55,882 nucleotides of DNA from a virus (taxonomy: Duplodnaviria > Caudoviricetes), in IMG/VR virus record IMGVR_UViG_3300011443_000016, positions 1 to 55,882 of that record. One strand, written 5' to 3'. Shown piece after piece: positions 9,747 through 16,991 of this stretch; within the stretch, counting starts at the first letter, position 1; every line of letters begins with the position of its first letter. The notes beneath the pieces are model-generated. The model was not told the DNA's origin and did no database searches. It saw only the letters and a program-made list of their open reading frames with translations. The translations under genes and the position numbers were made by a program.

Positions 9747-9986
9747 CTAGTCGTCCATTTCCGTGTCGTCTTCGTCTTCCTCGTCCGCATCATAATCCGG
9801 CGTGGAAATGTACTCGCCCATCTCATTGAGCGCTGCCATGTATTCCGCGCCGCTGGCCTTGTCGATCCAGGCTGAAGCTCGGTCACTGGATGCCAGCGCT
9901 GCCACACCACGCCGATCCAGCATGTTCACTTCGCCGCCTTCACGAACTTCTGCCAGTGCTTTCACAACATACAGGGGCGTAATCAT
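9747..9986 (-). CDS. DUF5049-like small protein with acidic tail
   Basis: VREGGEVNMLDRRGV resembles the IRxxGxxNMxD pattern; GAGG SD. Confidence 0.55.
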   Translation of the reverse strand: MITPLYVVKALAEVREGGEVNMLDRRGVAALASSDRASAWIDKASGAEYMAALNEMGEYISTPDYDADEEDEDDTEMDD

Positions 9987-10024
9987 GTGTCGTTTCCTCT
10001 CATTAACCGATCTGACCTGAATTG

Positions 10025-10823
10025 GCCTGATCGAATTGCGAACCGTGTTTATACCTTGCGGCACTTCCAGCCTTTGTGATGAGGCCATTTTCCATTTGCC
10101 ACACCGGACATTTTGCTATCATTTAAATTGTTTTCTCGGCAAAATCCCTTTAATCCTTTGATTTCAAACTCGAAGCCTTCCGGGGGAATGACGATGTATC
10201 GTTCACTGTTTGCCTCGCCAATCTTGCGGCGATGTTCTTTACTGACTTCATGCTCTTTATTTGCCTCGCCAATCTTGCGGCGGGTTTCTTCACTGACTTC
10301 ATGCCCCCTGGCTGCCTCACTCAATTTGCGGCGATGTTCCTCACTGAGATGCTTACCAAAATTAGCATTATTCGATCCCTTGCGTGCCTCGCTCAGTTTT
10401 CTCCGTGTTTCTATGCTGTGAGATTTACCTTTGAGTGCTTCACTTATTTTGCGGCGATGTTCCTCACTGGCTTTCCGCCCACGCATCGGCGCTTTAGCAC
10501 TTGTTCCAATGTTGTAGCAAATGCCTTTCGGCATATAAATATTGAGAAAATGATCCTCGCGTGCTTCTAACTGATCGACTGAACAATATTCCAGCACCTT
10601 GAATTGAAAGGCATTTTCACCATATTTATTCCATGCGGCTTGAAGATGTAAATTATGATGATATTGACCATTCAATTCACGGCGGTGATACTGCCAACGC
10701 TCCTTAAAATTAACCGCGCTGCCGATGTAAATTTTACCGTTTTTCGTGTTGAGGATAATGTATATGCCTGAGACTGGATCGCTCATCGTATGCCACCCGT
10801 TTCAGCCTGATCGAATTGCGAAC
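10025..10823. mobile_element. GIY-YIG cassette bounded by 19-bp direct repeats
   Basis: GCCTGATCGAATTGCGAAC at 10025-10043 and at 10805-10823. Confidence 0.75.
10049..10786 (-). CDS. GIY-YIG homing endonuclease with NUMOD3-type repeats
   Basis: SGIYIILN...[16 protein letters not shown] repeats, C-terminal HHKGW; paralogue of 570-1355. Confidence 0.9.
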   Translation of the reverse strand: MSDPVSGIYIILNTKNGKIYIGSAVNFKERWQYHRRELNGQYHHNLHLQAAWNKYGENAFQFKVLEYCSVDQLEAREDHFLNIYMPKGICYNIGTSAKAPMRGRKASEEHRRKISEALKGKSHSIETRRKLSEARKGSNNANFGKHLSEEHRRKLSEAARGHEVSEETRRKIGEANKEHEVSKEHRRKIGEANSERYIVIPPEGFEFEIKGLKGFCRENNLNDSKMSGVANGKWPHHKGWKCRKV

Positions 10824-11061
10824 ATTCGGCATCGTACAGTTCCACCGATTCCGCGCGCCAACTGCTGACGGTGCGCCGGATTTGCTCCGTGCTGATGGTT
10901 TCAAATCCCCAGCCCTTAAACAGTGTGAGCGTGCCGTCAATGTTGGTGGTCACATATTCAGCATCGGTTTGCACATCGGGAAAGCCAGCGGGCGCAAACC
11001 AAACGATTGAGCCAGGGTACAAGTTCACCACCTGCACGTTTCCACTGAGTAGGTTAGTCAT
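10783..11061 (-). CDS. Hypothetical protein
   Basis: ATGA-coupled on both sides; AGGAG SD. Confidence 0.65.
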   Translation of the reverse strand: MTNLLSGNVQVVNLYPGSIVWFAPAGFPDVQTDAEYVTTNIDGTLTLFKGWGFETISTEQIRRTVSSWRAESVELYDAECSQFDQAETGGIR

Positions 11062-11483
11062 GATTTAAATCTCCTGGGCGGTGTATCAAATCCGTTCCGG
11101 CGAAAGCGTTCATTGCACGCATGGCAGCGTCCTTTGCGCAGTGGCTTTGATGGTTTCCCGCAGTTGACGCATGGTTCAGCGGGATGACTATTGCGCTTTG
11201 AATGGACGAACTGTTCCATACGCCCGTCTATTTTCATGTGACAAGCACGACACACGAACATGATATTGCTGCGCTCATTATTGCCCGTGTTTCCGTCCAC
11301 GTGATGCCGATCCACCGCCTGCGCTATAAAACAGTTTTCGCATAACGGCAAATGTCTGTACAGTCTTCGCGCCCTGCTACGCTTTGTATCTGGGTGCGCA
11401 GCATCGCCTTTCCAGCTTGAACTCTGATTGCCGCGTAAAACGACTTTGTAAGGTGCTTTAAGATTCCAGCCTCGTTTGCTCAC
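11058..11483 (-). CDS. HNH endonuclease with zinc-binding motifs
   Basis: CENC...HHVDGNTGNN...CRACH, plus C-terminal CxxC pairs. Confidence 0.8.
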   Translation of the reverse strand: MSKRGWNLKAPYKVVLRGNQSSSWKGDAAHPDTKRSRARRLYRHLPLCENCFIAQAVDRHHVDGNTGNNERSNIMFVCRACHMKIDGRMEQFVHSKRNSHPAEPCVNCGKPSKPLRKGRCHACNERFRRNGFDTPPRRFKS

Positions 11484-11827
11484 GATACCCCCATTTGCAT
11501 TTCAGCTTTTCTCTGGCAGTAAATTTCCCAACGCTTTGCGCCTTCTGCGCCTCTAAACTGCACAAGATTAGGTATTGAAACCATTTTCTGCGCAGTTATT
11601 TTCCCACCGACTGCACCCCATTTTTTGAAGTCCCCCGCGTTACTATGCAGGGCAGTGTGGCAACGTTGACAAAGAAAGGATAAGTTCAGCGTATCATCCG
11701 TGCCGCCTTCGCAGCGTGGAACGTTGTGGTGAATGTGGCGGGCGACACGGCGGCAACCGCACTGGCACATGATCGAGTTGCCGTTGCTGTCTTTGAGGGG
11801 CGGGTAAATTTGCTGTAGGGTTTTCAT
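11480..11827 (-). CDS. HNH endonuclease
   Basis: CQCGC...HHNVPRCEGGTDDTLNLSFLCQRCH. Confidence 0.8.
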   Translation of the reverse strand: MKTLQQIYPPLKDSNGNSIMCQCGCRRVARHIHHNVPRCEGGTDDTLNLSFLCQRCHTALHSNAGDFKKWGAVGGKITAQKMVSIPNLVQFRGAEGAKRWEIYCQRKAEMQMGVS

Positions 11828-11857
11828 GAGCTTGAGCCTCAGTTGAAAATTTTGTAA

Positions 11858-12106
11858 TTAGATGGTTAAGCGAATGACGATGTAAGCTGAACCGTCGATT
11901 GGGTATGCATTAACAACCAATTCACGACGGGCGCTGCTGAATACCGCTGCGTGTAATCCTTTGCCGCTGGTGGTGTCAAGTGCGTCACCGATGATGCGGA
12001 CAGCCTTGAACTGCTTAAAATTTTCAGTTTTGATCCCGCGCGCAAGGAGTGCGGTTTCAATTTGTTCTTTTGTAAGATTAACTTTGGAGCTAATGGTGAT
12101 TTTCAT
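11858..12106 (-). CDS. Hypothetical early protein
   Basis: First ORF after a consensus promoter; TGAGGCTCA SD. Confidence 0.7.
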   Translation of the reverse strand: MKITISSKVNLTKEQIETALLARGIKTENFKQFKAVRIIGDALDTTSGKGLHAAVFSSARRELVVNAYPIDGSAYIVIRLTI

Positions 12107-12144
12107 TTGTGAGCCTCATTTGCTTGTTATTTGACTATGAATTC

Positions 12145-12184
12145 ATTATACTCTCAATTTAATTTATTGTCAATACCCAAAATT
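12145..12184 (-). promoter_or_regulatory. Sigma70 promoter TTGACA-17-TATAAT within the conserved 18-bp box
   Basis: -35 at 12173-12168, -10 at 12150-12145; box AATTTTGGGTATTGACAA. Confidence 0.9.
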
Positions 12185-12211
12185 AAAGTGGGCAGGTTTC
12201 CACGCCTGCCC
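12180..12211 (-). terminator. Probable intrinsic terminator
   Basis: GGGCAGG/CCTGCCC stem (12190-12211), followed by a T-rich run on the minus strand. Confidence 0.5.
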
Positions 12212-12221
12212 TGGTTTGCTG

Positions 12222-12659
12222 TTATTCCAGTTCCCGCAGGAACGCGGCGATGCGCTCCCGTGACCATTCCAGTTGGTCGTTGAGGCGATAGATCAGGGTG
12301 GCGATGGCATCTGGTTCACCCTGGCTGATAACGTCCTGATCTTCCAGAATAATTGAGCGCTCCGATTCGCGCTCCTTCACGTCATACAGCGCTAGGATAG
12401 CGTTGTAATCGGTCATATAACAAATTAAATCAAGGCGTTCAAACTCATCCATGCCTCGCCGCATGAATGCGCATTCCGCCGCTGCGCCCAGCGCACAGGT
12501 TTGACAATCATAGGTATGCTTGTCAGGATTCCATCGAGCCTGCTTGACCAGCCCGCCACGCGCCTGTGGGCGCAACTGTGCGCCGCATTCGATCCCCTCT
12601 GCCAGGGCGTTGAGCGCTGCCTTTTGTTTCTTGCTCATTTTACGTTTGAATAATTTCAC
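12222..12659 (-). CDS. Hypothetical protein (CALGA...LND motif)
   Basis: GTG start with GGGAG SD; TCALGAA and LIYRLNDQ...RERIAAFL resemble a common phage hypothetical family. Confidence 0.6.
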   Translation of the reverse strand: MKLFKRKMSKKQKAALNALAEGIECGAQLRPQARGGLVKQARWNPDKHTYDCQTCALGAAAECAFMRRGMDEFERLDLICYMTDYNAILALYDVKERESERSIILEDQDVISQGEPDAIATLIYRLNDQLEWSRERIAAFLRELE

Positions 12660-12758
12660 GGTTGCTTGTCTCCCTCATTGGTCTGATCGGTTTGAAAGCG
12701 GGGAACGGTTGCCCGTCCCCCTATGACGGCTCAAGCGATTGAGCCAACACCCCACAAA

Positions 12759-13892
12759 TTAACGGCGGGCGATGCTCACCTGCTGCGCAGCGCGGCTGAA
12801 CAGGCTGTCAGGCGCAGTCAGGATTGATCCCGCCTGGGTTTCCATCTCCACACGGGCAGCGCTGTCTTCAATCTTGCTGGCGGCGAAGGATACGCCGTTC
12901 ACCAGTCCCATGTGTGTTTCCTGACCTTCTGTGCCGATCAGGATTTGACTCTGGGTTTCGTCCGCCCAATTGTACTGCTTGCTCAAGCCTGCCAACACTT
13001 CTGCCAGATTGGGCAGCGCCTTGTTGGTCACTTCGTAGATGCGGTTCAGTACATGCGCGCCTACGGGCAGAATGTCCGCGAACGACTGCTGCAAGCGTCC
13101 CAGCAAAACCTGAGTTTCGCCCAGATGACGCAACTGAATGTTTTCCTTGTGTTCCACGATGATCGAATTGGCGCAGCCGTGCCGCTGCACCAGTGCCTTG
13201 ACCGACAGCCCGCCGCGTCCAGTTTCTTCATTGCCGACGTATGCGCCGAAACCATAGGGGCGGTTGCCCACATCGCCGCGCCGGGTTTCGCCCTGCGGCA
13301 CGATTTCAGGATTCTGGACTTTGGGGTTCTGAAAGACGATGCGCATATCCAGGCGATCACGGGTGATGCTGCTGTTATGCACCTTCAGGTCGGGCATGGC
13401 TGATCCGGTTGCCGCCAGAACTTCGTGGACGGCGTTCAAGACTTGCGTATTGTCCACAATCCCATACTTGTCGGTGAGGATGGCGCGAATATCTTTGCCG
13501 TGTGTGCGCACCAGCAAGCCTTTGCTCTCAATCTGCGGGATCAGGTCATTCATGATGGCGGCGAAATACTTGGGATACCGCACCAGCATCACGTCCCAAT
13601 CGGCGCTGTCCATTGTCGTGCCGTTGCCTTTGCCGAAGTAGGGAACGCTCACTCGTCCCAGCAGTTGGCGCAGGGCGTTGGTTTCGAGGGTCAGATTGGC
13701 GACTCGTTCAAAGCCACCTGGCACACCGAACAGGTCAGCAGGTTTGGTGAAATTCACCTTGCCCGTGTTGGTCACGCTGAAATGGCTGGGCGCACCTTCC
13801 AGATCGACTTTTTTCTTGTCGAATTTTTCACTGGCAGCAATCAGCTTGTCCAGTTCCTTGAGTTGAGTCTTGATGGCGGTTTGGCTGGTCAT
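12759..13892 (-). CDS. DUF932-like protein
   Basis: RAILTDKYGIVDN, GNEETGRG, RHGCANS and RH motifs. Confidence 0.65.
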   Translation of the reverse strand: MTSQTAIKTQLKELDKLIAASEKFDKKKVDLEGAPSHFSVTNTGKVNFTKPADLFGVPGGFERVANLTLETNALRQLLGRVSVPYFGKGNGTTMDSADWDVMLVRYPKYFAAIMNDLIPQIESKGLLVRTHGKDIRAILTDKYGIVDNTQVLNAVHEVLAATGSAMPDLKVHNSSITRDRLDMRIVFQNPKVQNPEIVPQGETRRGDVGNRPYGFGAYVGNEETGRGGLSVKALVQRHGCANSIIVEHKENIQLRHLGETQVLLGRLQQSFADILPVGAHVLNRIYEVTNKALPNLAEVLAGLSKQYNWADETQSQILIGTEGQETHMGLVNGVSFAASKIEDSAARVEMETQAGSILTAPDSLFSRAAQQVSIARR

Positions 13893-13958
13893 TCGTTCTT
13901 GTCTCCTGTGACTATTTTGCCTGCGTTGAAAGGATGCGCAGCCCCCAGCTTGAACGGA

Positions 13959-14297
13959 TTAGAATGCTACCGCGTCTTCAATGATGGCGACGGCTTCATT
14001 GACGGACGAGGTAACAAAGCGGTTGACCATATACAGCACGTTGTAATCTTCGGTCAAACGGACTTCAATCGGCAGGTCGGTCAGGTAAATGAATTCGGTG
14101 GTGGCGCTGACCAGCCCGTTGTCCAGGGCGAAGTCGTAGGTGCGATCCCGCAGGATTTGCAGCAGGTCGCGGATCGACTTTTCCTCATAGTTGGCGATGG
14201 TGAAATCTTCGCGGACGAATTCCGGTTCAGCAGCGGCGCTGTCCACGATTTCGTCGGTCTGATGGGAGAAAAACAGGTTGCGGATTGGGTTGAACAT
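13959..14297 (-). CDS. Hypothetical early protein (acidic)
   Basis: First ORF after a promoter box; TGAGGCTCA SD. Confidence 0.7.
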   Translation of the reverse strand: MFNPIRNLFFSHQTDEIVDSAAAEPEFVREDFTIANYEEKSIRDLLQILRDRTYDFALDNGLVSATTEFIYLTDLPIEVRLTEDYNVLYMVNRFVTSSVNEAVAIIEDAVAF

Positions 14298-14336
14298 GAG
14301 TTTGAGCCTCAGTTAAGTTATTCGATCTATGTAATC

Positions 14337-14389
14337 ATCATAGCGTAGATTAGATTTATTGTCAATACCCAAAATTGATTTGGGTATTG
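14337..14389 (-). promoter_or_regulatory. Promoter TTGACA-17-TATGAT with palindromic operator-like site
   Basis: -35 at 14365-14360, -10 at 14342-14337; CAATACCCAAA-attga-TTTGGGTATTG (14363-14389). Confidence 0.85.
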
Positions 14390-14397
14390 TTTCCCCC

Positions 14398-14835
14398 TCA
14401 ACCGATGTAATGAATCAGGGCAAGGCGCAGCATATCTGCGTCGGTGCAGTCCTGCCCATCGTGTCGATCCTTGTACTCCCGATGCGCCTGTTCCAACAGG
14501 GTTTCCGTCAGCGGTTTCTTTTCTAGCATATAGAATTCCCGTTTCGGACGTTTCGCCCCGACTGGACGGGTGCGCGGTCTGCCCACCTTGCGCTTGGGAC
14601 GCGGCTGGTTCTCTTGCTGGGCGGCGCGCACCTGCTGAACATCCAGTCCCAGGCGTGCCAGCCCTTTGTCGGTGATTTCAAACGTCATGCCCGTGTCGCC
14701 AATCGGGATCATCCAGCCCTGCGCCACCAACGGTTGTGAGTCGGTCTGGCGAAAGATTGACACCCGTCCCCAGGGATTGCTGGCGGCTTCCCGCATCATT
14801 TCCAGTTGCACGGTACTTATATCGTATTCCATCAT
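14398..14835 (-). CDS. Putative DNA-binding protein (AT-hook-like GRPR, RHH-like C-terminus)
   Basis: KRKVGRPRTRP; ...DADMLRLALIHYI; AAGGAGG SD. Confidence 0.5.
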   Translation of the reverse strand: MMEYDISTVQLEMMREAASNPWGRVSIFRQTDSQPLVAQGWMIPIGDTGMTFEITDKGLARLGLDVQQVRAAQQENQPRPKRKVGRPRTRPVGAKRPKREFYMLEKKPLTETLLEQAHREYKDRHDGQDCTDADMLRLALIHYIG

Positions 14836-15080
14836 TAACCTCCTTGATTGGCTTGTCGATAACGGTCTGCTTGTTCCGCGCTCATGTCCAGCGCCGTGTA
14901 GAATTCCAACACCTGCGAACAGTCGTCCCCTGCGCGGTGGTAATGCGTGCGCCACTCATTCGCGCAGCCCTTTGTGCGGCAGTCCACCTGGGTCAGCGGT
15001 GCGCGGGCGGGATTGCCGGATGCCTGCTGCTGGGCGCTGGCGATGCGCCCACAGCAATTGCAGATGAACAGTGTGGTCAT
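14835..15080 (-). CDS. Small Cys-rich (zinc-binding) hypothetical protein
   Basis: CNCCG...CRTKGC; GGGAG SD. Confidence 0.55.
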   Translation of the reverse strand: MTTLFICNCCGRIASAQQQASGNPARAPLTQVDCRTKGCANEWRTHYHRAGDDCSQVLEFYTALDMSAEQADRYRQANQGG

Positions 15081-15090
15081 AGTGTCTCCC

Positions 15091-15291
15091 TCAGTCCCAA
15101 ACGTTGGCATATTTCAGCCCGGCTTCAACTTGAAGATTATTGCGGGTTACAATGCTTTCGGCGGCAATCAACACGCCCAGCGCGATGTTAAATTCCTGGC
15201 TGCAAGCGCCGAATAATTGACCGATTTTAACGGCGTAAGCCTTTGCTAATTTGTATTCGTAGATGGCTGCAAAAATTTGTTCGTTGGTCAT
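15091..15291 (-). CDS. Hypothetical early protein
   Basis: First ORF after a promoter box; AGAGGCTCA SD. Confidence 0.65.
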   Translation of the reverse strand: MTNEQIFAAIYEYKLAKAYAVKIGQLFGACSQEFNIALGVLIAAESIVTRNNLQVEAGLKYANVWD

Positions 15292-15329
15292 TTTGAGTGA
15301 GCCTCTGTTGTGTTGCTGTCGATGAAGTA

Positions 15330-15370
15330 ATCATATATCGGGAAGTAGTTTTTTGTCAATACCCAAAATT
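15330..15370 (-). promoter_or_regulatory. Promoter TTGACA-18-TATGAT within the conserved 18-bp box
   Basis: -35 at 15359-15354, -10 at 15335-15330. Confidence 0.75.
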
Positions 15371-15397
15371 GAGAAGGGTTTATAACATAGATTTTAC

Positions 15398-15426
15398 TTT
15401 ACAAAATATCAAAATGAGACTAAGAT
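15398..15426 (+). promoter_or_regulatory. Promoter TTTACA-17-TAAGAT for the candidate sRNA
   Basis: -35 at 15398-15403, -10 at 15421-15426; divergent from the leftward early promoter. Confidence 0.6.
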
Positions 15427-15432
15427 TTAAAC

Positions 15433-15503
15433 ACATCTGAGATTTGAGCCTCAAAGATTTAAAAACCACCTGCGCCCGAAAGTGTGCAGGTGGTTTTTAT
15501 TTT
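15433..15503 (+). ncRNA. Candidate trans-acting antisense sRNA (~70 nt)
   Basis: Lies between a promoter and a terminator with no ORF on this strand; contains CAUCUGAGAUUUGAGCCUCA, complementary to six gene leaders. Confidence 0.55.
15461..15503. terminator. Bidirectional intrinsic terminator
   Basis: AAAAACCACCTGCGC...GTGCAGGTGGTTTTTATTTT. Confidence 0.85.
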
Positions 15504-15505
15504 GC

Positions 15506-15943
15506 CTAGCGGACGCTGCCAGAATAATTTTTCAGCCACTTCAAATCATCGTCAGACAAAATAAACCACTCGGTTTGCTTAACCCGTTTGCTCATGTAGC
15601 GCCCGTGCAATTCGCCTTCCAGTTTGTACATATCATCCGTCTTGATCGTGCAAACGGTTTGCACATCGAATGGCAGCAGCACGCCAAAGGTTTTGGCGCG
15701 GCGGTGCAAATCGCGCGTTCTGCCTATCTTGTAATAGGTTTCATTCGTCAGCGATTGAATGACATACACGTATCCATCACGATAGCGGATTTTAGGTTTT
15801 GGCGGTGGGGATTCAAACGCTTGCAGCAGTGCCATCAATATCGAAAGCAACATGGCGACGAATACGCCGTCTGCTCGATCAAAAGTGAATGCACTAACAG
15901 CCGATAGAAAAAAGAAAAAGGATAGAAAACCAAACGTAGGCAT
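15506..15943 (-). CDS. T5orf172/GIY-YIG-family nuclease with N-terminal TM segments
   Basis: GYVYVI...YKIGRT...LEGELH...EWF, preceded by two hydrophobic stretches. Confidence 0.75.
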   Translation of the reverse strand: MPTFGFLSFFFFLSAVSAFTFDRADGVFVAMLLSILMALLQAFESPPPKPKIRYRDGYVYVIQSLTNETYYKIGRTRDLHRRAKTFGVLLPFDVQTVCTIKTDDMYKLEGELHGRYMSKRVKQTEWFILSDDDLKWLKNYSGSVR

Positions 15944-16044
15944 AGCATCACTCTCCAATGCTGACTCTCGTAATGTGGCAATCAGGGCGGCGAGAGTAGC
16001 CGCCCGTTCGGTAGCGAACCTAGATTGCTGATTGAAGTATTATA
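15941..16044 (-). promoter_or_regulatory. Structured 5' leader RNA (three-way junction with anti-SD loop)
   Basis: TATAAT at 16044-16039; GCAATC/GATTGC closes GTTCG-ctac-CGAAC and GGGCGGC-tactctc-GCCGCCC. Confidence 0.6.
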
Positions 16045-16915
16045 ACTCGTTTTGTCCATTCCCGTTAGATCGAATGTGGCGTTGGACGTTATTCACAGTG
16101 GACTTCCCAACGCCCAGGAACAGCGCCAAATCGCGCGCCTCACGTTCAATGTCCTGCGGGTTCTCAGCTAAGTGGCGTTGGACAACTTGAGTGGCATCAG
16201 GCCGCTTGGTGTGTCCAAGACTGGACGCGGCTGGGAGCATATTTTGTCCATTGGACTGTCCATTGGACAGTTGGACAGCCTGTGGTCTGGACACGCTAAT
16301 GGACGATTTCATACCTGGATAGGCTTTGTTAAATGCTTTGATAACTTCAGCGTCAAACTTTTCCAGGGCGGTTTGGTAGCTATCCTTATTGCGCTTTGCA
16401 AGGATTCGTTCAGACCGATTGATCTGCACATAAACCTTTCCCGCCATGAGTGCCATCAGCGGTGCGCCGATGCCCATAATAACCGCCACTGCAATTTCCC
16501 CGAACGTTGCAGCCTTGCCGCTTGTTCCCAGCGCCCGACTGACACTATCCAGGTTGGCAGTCATGGCAAAAAGAAACACTACGATCAGGATAGCATAACC
16601 CCACCATTTTTCGCGGACGATCAGGTAAGCGCTCAGCAGCAGCGCCAGTTCCACCGACACAAACGAAAATAGCGCCACCGCGATATACACGAATGGAGGC
16701 AGCAGTGAATTCGTGACTTCCATCAAGCGATACACGGTGCTAACCGTATGAACGCCTGAAAGCAATGAAGCACTGACAAACATTGCCGCAGTCGCTTTAG
16801 GCAACCATGCGGGCGTGTCGCTGACTTCTTCATACATTTCCAGGCGCGGCACACTCGCCGGATGCTGGGCTTCATAAAACTCCCTGTACTGAGAAAACAA
16901 TTCTTGAATGTCCAT
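16040..16915 (-). CDS. Membrane protein (about 4 TM) with C-terminal HTH
   Basis: Four hydrophobic segments, then a coiled coil, then ARDLALFLGVGKSTVNN; start chosen from the GGGAG SD. Confidence 0.6.
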   Translation of the reverse strand: MDIQELFSQYREFYEAQHPASVPRLEMYEEVSDTPAWLPKATAAMFVSASLLSGVHTVSTVYRLMEVTNSLLPPFVYIAVALFSFVSVELALLLSAYLIVREKWWGYAILIVVFLFAMTANLDSVSRALGTSGKAATFGEIAVAVIMGIGAPLMALMAGKVYVQINRSERILAKRNKDSYQTALEKFDAEVIKAFNKAYPGMKSSISVSRPQAVQLSNGQSNGQNMLPAASSLGHTKRPDATQVVQRHLAENPQDIEREARDLALFLGVGKSTVNNVQRHIRSNGNGQNEL

Positions 16916-16937
16916 TATCGCAAACTCCCTCATGTGA

Positions 16938-16967
16938 CTAAAAAGCCTCCCCGGTATGGAGAGGCTT
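16938..16967 (-). terminator. Intrinsic terminator
   Basis: Minus strand AAGCCTCTCC-atacc-GGGGAGGCTTTTT. Confidence 0.7.
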
Positions 16968-16991
16968 GTGTAACCTTGACTATCTCCCCGA

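Noticed and set aside
10209-10470. ~51-bp period repeats (TTTGCCTCGCCAATCTTGCGGCG etc.) resembling a CRISPR array
   Set aside because: They are in-frame NUMOD3-type peptide repeats of the GIY-YIG gene; the intervening sequences are also similar to each other and no cas genes are present.
12659-15095. Second shared leader motif GGAGACA before genes at 12659, 13892 and 15080
   Set aside because: Mostly the ordinary SD core; too short to call a separate element, and no complementary RNA locus was noticed.
15380-15436. 18-codon minus-strand ORF (MCLNLSLILIFCKVKSML) behind the TGAGGCTCA at 15445
   Set aside because: It lies just downstream of a minus-strand terminator with no evident promoter and overlaps the + strand promoter. 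The sRNA reading is favoured, though a toxin-like micropeptide is not excluded.
15978-16028. tRNA gene (GGTTCG motif)
   Set aside because: Only two internal arms in ~50 nt and no cloverleaf; treated as a leader structure instead.
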